From Patescibacteria group bacterium (GTDB lineage: Bacteria > Patescibacteriota > Minisyncoccia > UBA9983), in contig JAHIOX010000015.1 in assembly GCA_018895015.1 (NCBI GenBank), positions 11,533 to 75,532 of the forward strand: a stretch of 64,000 bases of DNA. Reading direction: 5' to 3'. Under the pieces are notes generated by a model that was not told the origin of the DNA, did no database searches, and saw nothing but the letters and a program-made list of their open reading frames with translations. Shown in pieces: positions 52,415 to 61,436 of this stretch. Position numbers and translations under genes: made by a program. The number at the start of each line of letters is the position of its first letter. Within the stretch, counting starts at the first letter, position 1.

Positions 52415-54160
52415 TTATATCCTTTCCAAAGTTTTAATTCCCAGCAAGCCCAAGCCGGTTTTGAGAGTAGCTGCGATTGCCTGCGCCAAAGCTAAGCGGG
52501 CTTCTCTCTCGCCCTTCGACGCGGCAAGCACTTTTTCTTTTTGGTAAAATAAATTCGCCTCTTGCGCCAACTTGTACAAATACTCCGCCAAATAATGCGG
52601 AAGATAATTTTTTGTAACTAAATCCAAAACATCCGGAAATTCCGAGAGCAGCAAAATAATTCTAGTTTCAATTTCGCTGTTTAAAAATTTCTGGTCAAAC
52701 CTAGCAACCGGTTTCGCTTTGCGCAAAATGCTTTTTAATCGCGCGTAAGCGTACTGTAAATACGGCGCGGAATTGCCTTCAAGGTTCAGCATTTTCTCCC
52801 ACTTAAAAGCGATGTCTGACATCCGATTTTGCGAAAGATCATTATATTTAAGCGCGCCTATGCCGATTGTCTCGGCGATTTTTTGCTTTTCCTTTGATTC
52901 CAAATCCGGCTGTTTTTTCTCTGCCACATTTCTCGCGCGAGACACGGCTTCATCCATCACCTCTTGCAAAGAAATATGCCGGCCGGCCCTGGTGGAAAGT
53001 TTTTTCAAGCCCTCAGACAAAACTAAACCAAATTTGGCATGAAATAATTTTTCTTTTTTTGCCAAGCCCAGTCTTTCCGCGGATTTGAATAACTGCTCAA
53101 AATGAAGCGACTGGCCATTGTCCACCACGTACAGAACCATGTCCGGCTTGAACTTTTTCATCCTGTATTTTATTGCCGCCAGGTCGGTTGTGGAATATAA
53201 ATACGCTTCATCTGATTTGCGAATTATAAACGGCGGCTGATTATTATCCATTGGAATAACTGCGGCGCTATCACTTATTCTCGCGGCGCCATTTTTTAAA
53301 GCGTCGGTTACAATCCCTTCCAGCATAGGTTTGTAAAAACTCTCGCCCAAATAATAATCAAATTTTATATCCAGCCGTTTGTAAACTTTTTTAAATTCGT
53401 CCAGGCTTATTTTGTAAAACCTTTTCCAGATTTTTATATTTTCCTTGTCTCCGCGCTGAAGCTTTTTGGTTTCTTCACGCGCTTTATCTTCCAGCTCTGA
53501 ATTATTTTTCATGCGCGCGGTATAATCCACGTACAAATTCATTAAATCCTCTATTTTTAAGTCTTTTTTATTTTTCAAATCAGACTGCTTAAACGCGGCA
53601 ATTAAAATTCCAAACTGCTTGCCCCAGTCCCCCAAATGATTATCGCCGATTGTTCTCCATCCTCTAAATTTAAAAATATTGCAAAGTGCCTGACCGATTA
53701 TCGTGGAACGCAAATGCGCCACGCTCATTGGCTTGGCGATGTTCGGATGGGAATAATCTATCACGATTGTTTTTCTCTCTTTTATTTTGAACTTACCCCA
53801 TTTATCTTTGTTTTTAAAAATTTCAACAAAATCTTTTTGAATACTTTCTGGCTTCAGCCAGAAATTCAAATAGCCAGCTCCGGCAGTTTCAATTTTGTCC
53901 GTTATTTCTTTAACAGCTTTCAATTTTAACAATTCATCTTTAAATTTTTCCGCGAATTCATTCGGAGGCGTTTTTCGCGCTTCAACTGAAGAAGTCCTAA
54001 TCGTCATTAAATTTGCCGAGTAATGCCCGAACTTTTCTTCGGGTACAATATTAAACATGGCTTTGCCCAAACCAAGCTTTTGCGCGACTTTTTCCATATT
54101 CTTACGCAATATCTCCTTGTTCATTAAACTTAATATATCACAAAAAATCTGCCGCGTCAT
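52415..54160 (-). CDS. argS: Arginyl-tRNA synthetase
   Basis: N-terminal Add-1 domain, class I HIGH-like (SHPNIAKPMSVAHLRS), C-terminal DALR anticodon-binding domain. Confidence 0.9.
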   Translation of the reverse strand: MTRQIFCDILSLMNKEILRKNMEKVAQKLGLGKAMFNIVPEEKFGHYSANLMTIRTSSVEARKTPPNEFAEKFKDELLKLKAVKEITDKIETAGAGYLNFWLKPESIQKDFVEIFKNKDKWGKFKIKERKTIVIDYSHPNIAKPMSVAHLRSTIIGQALCNIFKFRGWRTIGDNHLGDWGKQFGILIAAFKQSDLKNKKDLKIEDLMNLYVDYTARMKNNSELEDKAREETKKLQRGDKENIKIWKRFYKISLDEFKKVYKRLDIKFDYYLGESFYKPMLEGIVTDALKNGAARISDSAAVIPMDNNQPPFIIRKSDEAYLYSTTDLAAIKYRMKKFKPDMVLYVVDNGQSLHFEQLFKSAERLGLAKKEKLFHAKFGLVLSEGLKKLSTRAGRHISLQEVMDEAVSRARNVAEKKQPDLESKEKQKIAETIGIGALKYNDLSQNRMSDIAFKWEKMLNLEGNSAPYLQYAYARLKSILRKAKPVARFDQKFLNSEIETRIILLLSEFPDVLDLVTKNYLPHYLAEYLYKLAQEANLFYQKEKVLAASKGEREARLALAQAIAATLKTGLGLLGIKTLERI

Positions 54161-54228
54161 TCACAAAATAACAACAAGGCCAAAGAAAAAAGCCCCTAGA
54201 CAAACTCGGGGCCCTTAATTTTGCAAAT

Positions 54229-54462
54229 TTAAATAAGATTAGTAAATCCTTCGGGAATGTTTTTTTCAAGGAACTCCTCGTAAACCATCAAGGTCATGTC
54301 GTTTATTTCCTCATCAGACATGCCATGGCGCATTTTTAGTTTTTTGACAAATTCAAGATACCATTCTTCTTTGGAGCTTACATACGATTGCTTCAAAAGT
54401 CGCTTTTTTATTTCTTCTTTAAACTCTTGCTTAATTTCCGATAAATTATCGCCTGATCCCAT
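54229..54462 (-). CDS. Small acidic hypothetical protein
   Basis: 77 aa. Strong SD (GGAGGTG) 5 nt upstream. Last gene of the tmk/ThyA-like operon. Confidence 0.4.
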   Translation of the reverse strand: MGSGDNLSEIKQEFKEEIKKRLLKQSYVSSKEEWYLEFVKKLKMRHGMSDEEINDMTLMVYEEFLEKNIPEGFTNLI

Positions 54463-54480
54463 GTAACACCTCCGCCCATT

Positions 54481-55206
54481 TTATTCTAAAGTTTTAGCGA
54501 AAGACGCTTTATCCAAGAGAACATTTTCGTCAACAACAACTTTGTCTACATTTAGCGCGTTGACCAGTTCAAAATACTGGTCATAAATATGCAACCCGTC
54601 GCTATAAGCGATTAAATCGCCGTCAACTAAATTCAGGCCGTCCAGATGCGCGAGAACATATTCCTTAACCATCTGCAATCCGCCGAGATTTTCCGGTAAG
54701 CCGGCGAATAAATCCCACGAACGGAAAAAAACTGCCATATTTAATTTCCCGTTCACAACCTTGAAATCAATCACGCGCAAACAAGGTGGGTCGGGTAGGA
54801 AAATTGATTCTTTATCCCCGACAGAAATACAAGCCTGATTTGTGTTTCCGTTTGAGCTTTGCAATAAATCAATAACGCGAGGTAATTGCGGTTTTATATA
54901 GCTTCCGTAAGTATACTGTTCGTTTTTTTCCAGCTTATCCTCCATAAGATATCCCAGAAAATATTTTTCTATTTTTTCTTCGCTTGTGGGCGAAGGCCAC
55001 GGAGGCGGCACAATAGGCGCCAGCGGCCTTTTAGCGGGCTCTTTTATTTTCAGAACCACATAAGGCAGCTGTTTCCTTATCTGCCCCACATAACTACCGC
55101 CTTTTACCACAAAATCATAGCCCTGCATTACGCAAAGCCACATTACTTCCCGCCAAACATCATCTATTCTATTGCCTTCCACATAATTCGTCTTAAAATC
55201 TATCAT
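54481..55206 (-). CDS. Divergent thymidylate synthase (ThyA)-family protein: thymidylate synthase or pyrimidine-nucleotide hydroxymethylase-like
   Basis: The C-terminal half aligns with ThyA: catalytic Cys (DPPCLRV aligning with APCHAFF), FFRSWDLFAGLPEN (QRSCDVFLGLPFN), SDGLHIYDQY (GGDTHLYSNH). The N-terminal phosphate-binding motifs (RTGTGT, SRRI) are not conserved. Confidence 0.55.
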   Translation of the reverse strand: MIDFKTNYVEGNRIDDVWREVMWLCVMQGYDFVVKGGSYVGQIRKQLPYVVLKIKEPAKRPLAPIVPPPWPSPTSEEKIEKYFLGYLMEDKLEKNEQYTYGSYIKPQLPRVIDLLQSSNGNTNQACISVGDKESIFLPDPPCLRVIDFKVVNGKLNMAVFFRSWDLFAGLPENLGGLQMVKEYVLAHLDGLNLVDGDLIAYSDGLHIYDQYFELVNALNVDKVVVDENVLLDKASFAKTLE

Positions 55207-55871
55207 TATACTCTCCCTTCATAAAGAAAATTTCTTACTGCGCATACCACATCTTTCTGCACAACATCTTCATCGCGGCTGGCATCAACTGTAATCCAAT
55301 TTCCGTTCTGTCCGGCTAATTTCAAAAACCCGCTTCTCACTCTTTGATGAAACATGATGTCCTTTACATCAAATCTTGTAATTTCGCCAGCGTTTTTCCT
55401 ACGTTCCAGCCCAATCGCCGGATCTACATCTAAATAAATTATTAAATCCGGTTTAAGATTATTTGTCGCGATGTAATTCAGCTCATCAAAAATAGTTTTA
55501 TATCCTTCCCTCTGCGCGCCAATGATTTGGTACGCGAATGTTGAAGGGCTAAATCTGTCGCAAATGACATTTACGCCATTTTTAAGCGCTGGCCGAATAA
55601 CTTTCGCGCAATGTTCCGCGCGCACGGCGCAGAAAAGAAAAAGTTCCGCGAGCGTCGTTATGTGATTGCTTTTATCCATCAAAATCGCGCGAATCTCTTC
55701 GCCGACTTCCGTTCCGCCCGGCTCGCGAGTGAAAATTGAGTTGCCGATATTTTCTTTTTTCAGCTCCTCTATACAGGTGCTTTTTCCGCTTCCTTCGCCG
55801 CCCTCAATCACAATAAACTTTCCTCGTTCCGACATAAATAATCTCCTCTCTTTCTTTAATTTTATTGTCAA
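55206..55871 (-). CDS. tmk: Thymidylate kinase
   Basis: P-loop FIVIEGGEGSGKST, DRF-type motif region, LID region. 1-nt overlap with the downstream ThyA-like gene. Confidence 0.85.
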   Translation of the reverse strand: MTIKLKKERRLFMSERGKFIVIEGGEGSGKSTCIEELKKENIGNSIFTREPGGTEVGEEIRAILMDKSNHITTLAELFLFCAVRAEHCAKVIRPALKNGVNVICDRFSPSTFAYQIIGAQREGYKTIFDELNYIATNNLKPDLIIYLDVDPAIGLERRKNAGEITRFDVKDIMFHQRVRSGFLKLAGQNGNWITVDASRDEDVVQKDVVCAVRNFLYEGRV

Positions 55872-55942
55872 AAAAACTAAAAACTCTCTTTATATTCATA
55901 CAACAAAGAGAGTCTAAAGTCAACGCGGCAAATTTTTTCTAT

Positions 55943-56365
55943 TTATTCAATTGAGATGCCCATTGAGCGCGCTGTGCCGGCGATAATTTTTTCCGCCGCT
56001 TTAATATCGTTAGCGTTCAAATCATCCATTTTCCGTTCCGCGATTTCTTTTAACTGCGCTTTGGTGATTTTCCCCGCCTTAGAGGTTATATTCTTGCCAG
56101 AGCCTTTTTCAACGCCGGCCATTTTTCTCAATAAGTCTGACGCTGGCGGAGTTTTTAATTTAAAATCAAATGTTCTGTCTTCGTAAACAGTAATTTCAAC
56201 AGGAATGATATCGCCGGTTTTATCTTTTGTCACGTCATTAAACTTACTGACAAAATCGCTGATATTCAATCCGTGCTGGCCCAAAGCCGGGCCAATCGGA
56301 GGAGCGGGGTTTGCCTTGCCTGCCGGAATTTGTAATTTAATTATAGTTTTTATTTTCTTTGCCAT
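55943..56365 (-). CDS. rplK: 50S ribosomal protein L11
   Basis: [21 protein letters not shown] signature. Confidence 0.9.
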   Translation of the reverse strand: MAKKIKTIIKLQIPAGKANPAPPIGPALGQHGLNISDFVSKFNDVTKDKTGDIIPVEITVYEDRTFDFKLKTPPASDLLRKMAGVEKGSGKNITSKAGKITKAQLKEIAERKMDDLNANDIKAAEKIIAGTARSMGISIE

Positions 56366-56374
56366 AGTTGATTA

Positions 56375-56920
56375 TTATAACTTTTTAATCTGCAAAAAGT
56401 CCATCTCCAGCGGAGTTTCTCTGCCAAAAATTGAAACAAGCACTTTAAGCTTTCCTTTTTCCTCGTCCACTTCGTTTATTCTGCCTTCAAAATCCTTAAA
56501 TGGGCCGTCAGCGACCCTGACAATATCGCCAATCTTGACATCAATTTTATATTTTGGCTCTTTAACTCCCATTCTTTCAAAAAGATGGTCAACCTCATCT
56601 TTCGCGAGCGGCACCGGCGTGGTGCTTGAACCGACAAAACCTGTTACGCGCGGAGTATTGCGCACCACATACCATGAATTATCGTCAACAACCATATCAA
56701 CAAGAACATAGCCGGGATAAATTTTTTCTTCAACAACCCTTCGTTTGCCTCCATGAATTTTTATTTTTTTCTCCGTCGGCACAACAACACTGAAAATTTT
56801 ATCCTCCATTCCGAGCGATTCAATCCTTTGCTTCAAATTGCGCACCACGGCATCTTCATATCCGGCGTATGTATGAATCGCGTACCAATTTCTTCCGGCG
56901 TGTACTTTTTGTTTTACCAT
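56375..56920 (-). CDS. nusG: Transcription termination/antitermination factor NusG
   Basis: NGN domain (WYAIHTYAGYE) and C-terminal KOW (GDIVRVADGPFKDFEGRI). Confidence 0.85.
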   Translation of the reverse strand: MVKQKVHAGRNWYAIHTYAGYEDAVVRNLKQRIESLGMEDKIFSVVVPTEKKIKIHGGKRRVVEEKIYPGYVLVDMVVDDNSWYVVRNTPRVTGFVGSSTTPVPLAKDEVDHLFERMGVKEPKYKIDVKIGDIVRVADGPFKDFEGRINEVDEEKGKLKVLVSIFGRETPLEMDFLQIKKL

Positions 56921-56924
56921 AAAA

Positions 56925-57107
56925 TTATAGAATAAATTGCCTTAAAATATAGCTTAAGGCAATATCAAAAAGGCCCAAAAATAAAGCGATGCCCAAAGAA
57001 ACAGAAATCACGATAATTGTAAAATTAATAGTCTGCTTTCTTGTGGGCCAATTAACATGCTTTAATTCCGCCCTTGTTTCTTTTATATAATTTATTAACT
57101 TGTTCAT
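56925..57107 (-). CDS. secE: Preprotein translocase subunit SecE
   Basis: 60-aa single-TM protein immediately upstream of nusG (conserved secE-nusG-rplK order). Confidence 0.7.
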   Translation of the reverse strand: MNKLINYIKETRAELKHVNWPTRKQTINFTIIVISVSLGIALFLGLFDIALSYILRQFIL

Positions 57108-57217
57108 TTTAGCTTCCTTTCAAAAAAGCCCCTCCCGGGCTTATGCAATATTTATATCATACGCTTTTATAAAAAAAGGTCAACCCCGCCTGGCGGGGTC
57201 AAGTCCAAAAATAAAAT

Positions 57218-57253
57218 GCCCCGTTCGCGCGAACGCGAACGGGGCTTTCTTTA
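57218..57253. terminator. Strong bidirectional rho-independent terminator (12-bp perfect stem), preceded by two further GC hairpins (57130-57146, 57185-57199)
   Basis: gccccgttcgcg cgaa cgcgaacggggc then tttctttat on the plus strand; A/T-rich on the other side. Confidence 0.6.
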
Positions 57254-57751
57254 TCTAAGCAGAAGCCTTGGCTTGGCCGGCAAAGGCCTCACCGCAATTC
57301 CAAAATTTTCAACAAAATCTTTTAACTCTCTGCCCATCTCTTTTGTATAGGCAAAAAAAGTTAAGGTTTTTCTTTTTTTAATAACTTCTGACGCCAATTC
57401 TATAATATGCTTATCGTGCGTCAGAATTACAAAATCCGTAATTTCTTTATATCGTAAAAAACTTATTCCCATAATTGCCATTCGTGAATCAACCTTATCC
57501 TCCCGCTTTTCAGAATCCGCCAAAGAATCCATTTTCTGGCAGACAACAATTTCAAAGCCCAAATTGTTTACTTTTGGCAAACTATGATAGCTGCCAAATG
57601 GAACGAATATCGCGGCAAAATCCACCTCGCCTATTTCCAAAAACTGCTTCATTAATTCAGCAAAATCTAAACTCTCATTATGCTTTCTCATCTGGGAATC
57701 AACATTGTCGTAATCAATAAAAGCAATTAGTATCCTTCTTTTCTTGCTCAT
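57251..57751 (-). CDS. NYN-domain (LabA-like, PIN-fold) predicted ribonuclease
   Basis: NYN motifs IAFIDYDNV, AAIFVPFGSY, KVDSRMAIMGI, DFVILTHDKHIIELA, KTLTFFAY. Perfect SD AAGGAGGTGA 6 nt upstream. Confidence 0.55.
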   Translation of the reverse strand: MSKKRRILIAFIDYDNVDSQMRKHNESLDFAELMKQFLEIGEVDFAAIFVPFGSYHSLPKVNNLGFEIVVCQKMDSLADSEKREDKVDSRMAIMGISFLRYKEITDFVILTHDKHIIELASEVIKKRKTLTFFAYTKEMGRELKDFVENFGIAVRPLPAKPRLLLR

Positions 57752-57829
57752 CTTTTCACCTCCTTTATTCTGGAGTTAATAAAGGGCCGGGCGCTAGCGC
57801 GATTCACCGGCCCCTGTTTTTCCCGCAAG

Positions 57830-58978
57830 CTATTCCTTCCGCGACAAAGCATAACCTGTCGCAACATAAATCTTGCGACATACATCCAGAACAAACTCCT
57901 GATGCTCTTCCGGGACACTATCTGAAATCTTTTTGTCTTTCAAATAACCGCGATAAGTAGGTACCGCTACCCACTTACCTCTGTCGGCCTCTCGCCATGA
58001 CTTGAGTGAACCGGCGCCGTCTTCAACCCTAACAACCAAAAATGGGAACGCCCCTTTTTTATCCTTATTAAGGTCAACAATTTGGACAATACCGGCACCC
58101 TCGCCCCACCCATTGGGACGTTTTTCGTCGGGCGGTAGATAAAGGGTATAATACCCCTCTTTGCCGTCAGCGATAAGCCTTAATGGCAAGCCATGCCTGG
58201 CACGGATATCCGCGATTCGAGTTGCTTCTTCAGCGAGAGCCTTTTCAGCTTTCTCGCGAGAAAAACCAACGAACCGGTAGACAAGCGCGCGAAGCGCCTT
58301 AAAGATGCGCTTGTCAGCGCCTGACACCTGACCTTCGCGGCCTGGCATTTGAGAAAAAATGTGTAAAAGCACATAATGCCTGTCGCCATTGCGGAAATAA
58401 ACATGATCCGTAGACCATTTCTCGTTTTTTCTCCGGAACTCCTTATCTTCCGCATCTGGCACACGCCCGCGCCCCATCGCGAGTGTCCGGTTGAACATCA
58501 TAAGAACATCGTAGGGATTCCTCGGTTCCAGGTTATCAATCTCCGTGATAAATAAATCCACGGCAAATTGGTCCTGGACGCCCTTGGGTTGGCGTGCCAA
58601 AACATCGTTTATCCGGCTCTGCTCGGACAGAAGCTCCCTTAATTCACGAAATTGCGCGGTCAACTCAATCCCCTCCACCGACTGCAATTCCGCAATTCGC
58701 CGGCAGATTTTGAAATAATCTGCGGCAGACCCAAATACCTGCTCGCTTCTTTTTTTTGCCTCGGCCTTAACGGCCTCGGCGTCAAAATCTTCAGTGGCTT
58801 TCTTTCTCGCCACAAGCCCGTCAATATCCGCCTTGGGCTCTGGCTCGACCAACTTGTTTCCATTTCCGCCGACATTGGTTTTTGGCAGTTTTTCTTTAAT
58901 TTCAGCCAGCGCCGCGAACGGCGTCTGAACAACATTACCTTCACCAAAACTACATTTTAGCGTACTTTCTTTTGGCAT
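57830..58978 (-). CDS. Hypothetical protein encoded by a compositionally distinct (GC-rich) gene
   Basis: 382 aa, no recognised domain. Visibly higher GC than the flanking sequence. SD GGAGGTG 6 nt upstream. A GC-rich hairpin (57784-57815) separates it from the NYN gene. Confidence 0.45.
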   Translation of the reverse strand: MPKESTLKCSFGEGNVVQTPFAALAEIKEKLPKTNVGGNGNKLVEPEPKADIDGLVARKKATEDFDAEAVKAEAKKRSEQVFGSAADYFKICRRIAELQSVEGIELTAQFRELRELLSEQSRINDVLARQPKGVQDQFAVDLFITEIDNLEPRNPYDVLMMFNRTLAMGRGRVPDAEDKEFRRKNEKWSTDHVYFRNGDRHYVLLHIFSQMPGREGQVSGADKRIFKALRALVYRFVGFSREKAEKALAEEATRIADIRARHGLPLRLIADGKEGYYTLYLPPDEKRPNGWGEGAGIVQIVDLNKDKKGAFPFLVVRVEDGAGSLKSWREADRGKWVAVPTYRGYLKDKKISDSVPEEHQEFVLDVCRKIYVATGYALSRKE

Positions 58979-59095
58979 TTCACACCTCCAAAATTTTCAT
59001 TTTCAGAATTTTTTGAGAAAAATACAAGCGCAAAAAACCGGATTTCACCTCCTTTTTTATTTTTTAAGACTGCTTAATCTAAAAAGAATTATAAA

Positions 59096-59896
59096 CTATT
59101 TTATTTCGTATGTCAAGCTAACCGTAGTTGTTATTTTATTTTCACCAGCCGGGATTTCAGGCGCTGGCGCCGCTTCTCCCCCCATGCCAAACCCAGCCGT
59201 TTTCAAATTATATAAATACGGGCTGTCTCCGCCTGATTCAGAAAAGCTTACCAAGCGGACAATCTTTACGCCTAAATCTTTTGCAAGCTGAGCTGATTTT
59301 TCCTTCGCGTCAATAATGGCCTTCTGCCTTGCTTCTCTTTTTGGAGCCTCTTCATCGTCAACAGTAAAATAAATTCCGCCGACCTGATTGGCTCCTGCCA
59401 GCGCCGCGCCAGACAAAATTTTTCCGGTTTCATCAATTTTCCTGATTTTTATCTCTAGAGTCTGCGTTACCGTATATCCTCGGAAAACTCTGCCTTGCTC
59501 TTCAAGATAATCGTAGCGCGGATAAATATTATAATTTGTTGTCTTAATATCTTTATCCTCAATTGATGACCCTTTCAAAAAGGCAATAATTTTATTGATG
59601 TCTTCTGTCGCTTTGTTTTGAGCTTCAGCGACTGAAAGCGCTTCTTTTTCAACCGAAATTGAAATTTTCGCGATATCCGGTTTTGTAAAAATTTCCCCCT
59701 TGCCGCTGACGGTTATGGTGTTTACCGGAATAATATCCTGGCCGATATATTTTCTTTGCTCAATTTCATTGAAAGATTTCGCGATAAAAAAAATGACCAG
59801 CACGGCTAAAAAAACGGAAGCCAGCGCGGCCATTATTTTTTTTAATTTAATAATGGAAGCCTTGTTTCCTTCAGATAAAAAATTTTCGTTAAACAT
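59096..59896 (-). CDS. SIMPL/DUF541-family periplasmic protein (26-kDa periplasmic immunogenic protein-like)
   Basis: N-terminal TM anchor plus the SIMPL domain pattern (NTITVSGKGE...DIAKISISVE...YTVTQTLEIKIR). Confidence 0.65.
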   Translation of the reverse strand: MFNENFLSEGNKASIIKLKKIMAALASVFLAVLVIFFIAKSFNEIEQRKYIGQDIIPVNTITVSGKGEIFTKPDIAKISISVEKEALSVAEAQNKATEDINKIIAFLKGSSIEDKDIKTTNYNIYPRYDYLEEQGRVFRGYTVTQTLEIKIRKIDETGKILSGAALAGANQVGGIYFTVDDEEAPKREARQKAIIDAKEKSAQLAKDLGVKIVRLVSFSESGGDSPYLYNLKTAGFGMGGEAAPAPEIPAGENKITTTVSLTYEIK

Positions 59897-59938
59897 ATTA
59901 GTATATTTAAATAATAATTTATAAACCAGCTAAATTTT

Positions 59939-60009
59939 TCGGGCTGCGGAGACTCGAACTCCAACTAAATCCTCCCGAAGGACTCGTGCTGCCATTACAC
60001 TACAGCCCG
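59939..60009 (-). tRNA. tRNA-Pro (anticodon CGG)
   Basis: Reverse complement CGGGCTGTAGTGTAATGGCAGCACGAGTCCTTCGGGAGGATTTAGTTGGAGTTCGAGTCTCCGCAGCCCGA. Anticodon loop TTCGGGA. Confidence 0.7.
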
Positions 60010-60033
60010 ATAGTGTAGGACCTCTCGCAACAA

Positions 60034-60288
60034 TTAAAGACTGTTCAAATCATCGTCAATTTCTTTAAATTCTTTGTCCAAATCAATTGTCTCGATCCCC
60101 TCCAAATCGGCGTTAATATCAGAAACAGAGTCGCTTTCTTTTGGCGTCGCGCTCTGTTGCGGAGCCGTGCTTGGCGGTTCAACCTGTATTGATTCCAGAT
60201 TTCGCGTCTGGCTCCAATAAAACCAGATAGCGACGCCAATTATGGCTAAAATTATAATGACTGTGATTATTATGATTGCTTTATTCAT
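60034..60288 (-). CDS. Small N-terminally anchored acidic protein (hypothetical)
   Basis: TM helix (IIIITVIIILAIIGVAIWFYW) followed by an acidic tail. Confidence 0.35.
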   Translation of the reverse strand: MNKAIIIITVIIILAIIGVAIWFYWSQTRNLESIQVEPPSTAPQQSATPKESDSVSDINADLEGIETIDLDKEFKEIDDDLNSL

Positions 60289-60325
60289 ATTAAATTAATA
60301 TTAATTTTTAATCTGGCTAAAAAGC

Positions 60326-61159
60326 TTATTCAGCCGGAGTGGATGTCGCCGTTGGTTCCTCTGGCAATTCCAAGCTGTCAATTCCCGAAATTTGATAAAG
60401 CGCCTGCGCGGCTTTTTTTACCGCCTCACGCGCGGCAAATACAGCTTCCCTCACGGCCACCAAATCCGAGTGCAAAAGCTGGCGCGCCTTTCCGACATCC
60501 TGTTTTAACGCGTCTTCGGCATTAACGGTTATCTCATAAGTTTTCGCGGCTTGCGCTTCAATTGCCGCTCGGCTAACCGTTATCTCTTTATTCGCGTCAT
60601 TAATTGCCGTTTGAACAGCTGTTATGTCTCGGCCGTTTGCGGCCGCCTTATCGGCGCGCGAGGCGATTTTACTAAGAACACTTTCCAAATGCGCAAGAAC
60701 ATCGGAAAAATGCTTAAGTATCCTCTCGTTCAGCGCGTTGATATTGTCAGCGATTCTTACGACAATTTCTTTCTTACGCTCGTCTTTTATTTTTTGCAAA
60801 TTTTGTTTCAATTCCTCGCGCTCGGCCTGAATTTTATTTTTAACTTCTTCGCGCTTATTTTCAATTTTTTCCTTAAACTCATTCTGTTTCCGCTCGCGCA
60901 AAGTATTTGCCTCTTCCAGCCTGCTCTGAAATTCTTGCCTTAATTTCTGTACTGCCTCTTTTGATTCAATTCTTATCTCTTGTCTTGCCTCATTCATCTC
61001 CTGCGTTGCGCTTTGCTTAATATCGCGAACCTCGTTGCGTATAGCTTCGCGCTTTTCGTTTAAAATATCATCCGGCGCGGAAACGACTTGCGCCACGACC
61101 GGCATCGCAAAAAACAAAGACAGACTGATTAAAATCATGATTTTACTTATTTTGTTCAT
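60326..61159 (-). CDS. Secreted coiled-coil protein (hypothetical)
   Basis: Signal peptide (MNKISKIMILISLSLFFAMPVVAQ) followed by long heptad-like E/K/R-rich helices. Start trimmed to the internal Met. Confidence 0.4.
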   Translation of the reverse strand: MNKISKIMILISLSLFFAMPVVAQVVSAPDDILNEKREAIRNEVRDIKQSATQEMNEARQEIRIESKEAVQKLRQEFQSRLEEANTLRERKQNEFKEKIENKREEVKNKIQAEREELKQNLQKIKDERKKEIVVRIADNINALNERILKHFSDVLAHLESVLSKIASRADKAAANGRDITAVQTAINDANKEITVSRAAIEAQAAKTYEITVNAEDALKQDVGKARQLLHSDLVAVREAVFAAREAVKKAAQALYQISGIDSLELPEEPTATSTPAE

Positions 61160-61350
61160 ATTTTTTATAAAATTAATTATTAAGCCGATAAAATAACACT
61201 TATAAATAAGTATAATATATCGCAAATGTTTGTCCACCCTGTGGGGTATACCTCCAAGTTATGATTCTTGTTATGGTCGCCTAAATTCGCCGCCCTTCGC
61301 GCTGCTCAGGACACTGAATTTTTATAGTCGCTTCGCTCATTAAAAATTCG

Positions 61351-61424
61351 TGGGTGCCTAGAGGGAATCGAACCCTCGATATCAGTTCCACAAACTGAAG
61401 TTTTGCCACTAAACTATAGGCACC
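61351..61424 (-). tRNA. tRNA-His (anticodon GTG), with encoded G-1 and CCA
   Basis: Reverse complement G-GTGCCTATAGTTTAGTGGCAAAACTTCAGTTTGTGGAACTGATATCGAGGGTTCGATTCCCTCTAGGCACC-CA. Anticodon loop TTGTGGA. Extra 5' G pairs with the discriminator C. Confidence 0.85.
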
Positions 61425-61436
61425 ATAAATATCTTG

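Noticed and set aside
59040-59060. cacctccttttttatt on the plus strand, resembling a 16S 3' end (GATCACCTCCTTA)
   Set aside because: It is isolated in an intergenic region far from any rRNA. On the minus strand it reads as an AAGGAGGTGA Shine-Dalgarno-like element upstream of the 57830-58978 gene region, not rRNA.
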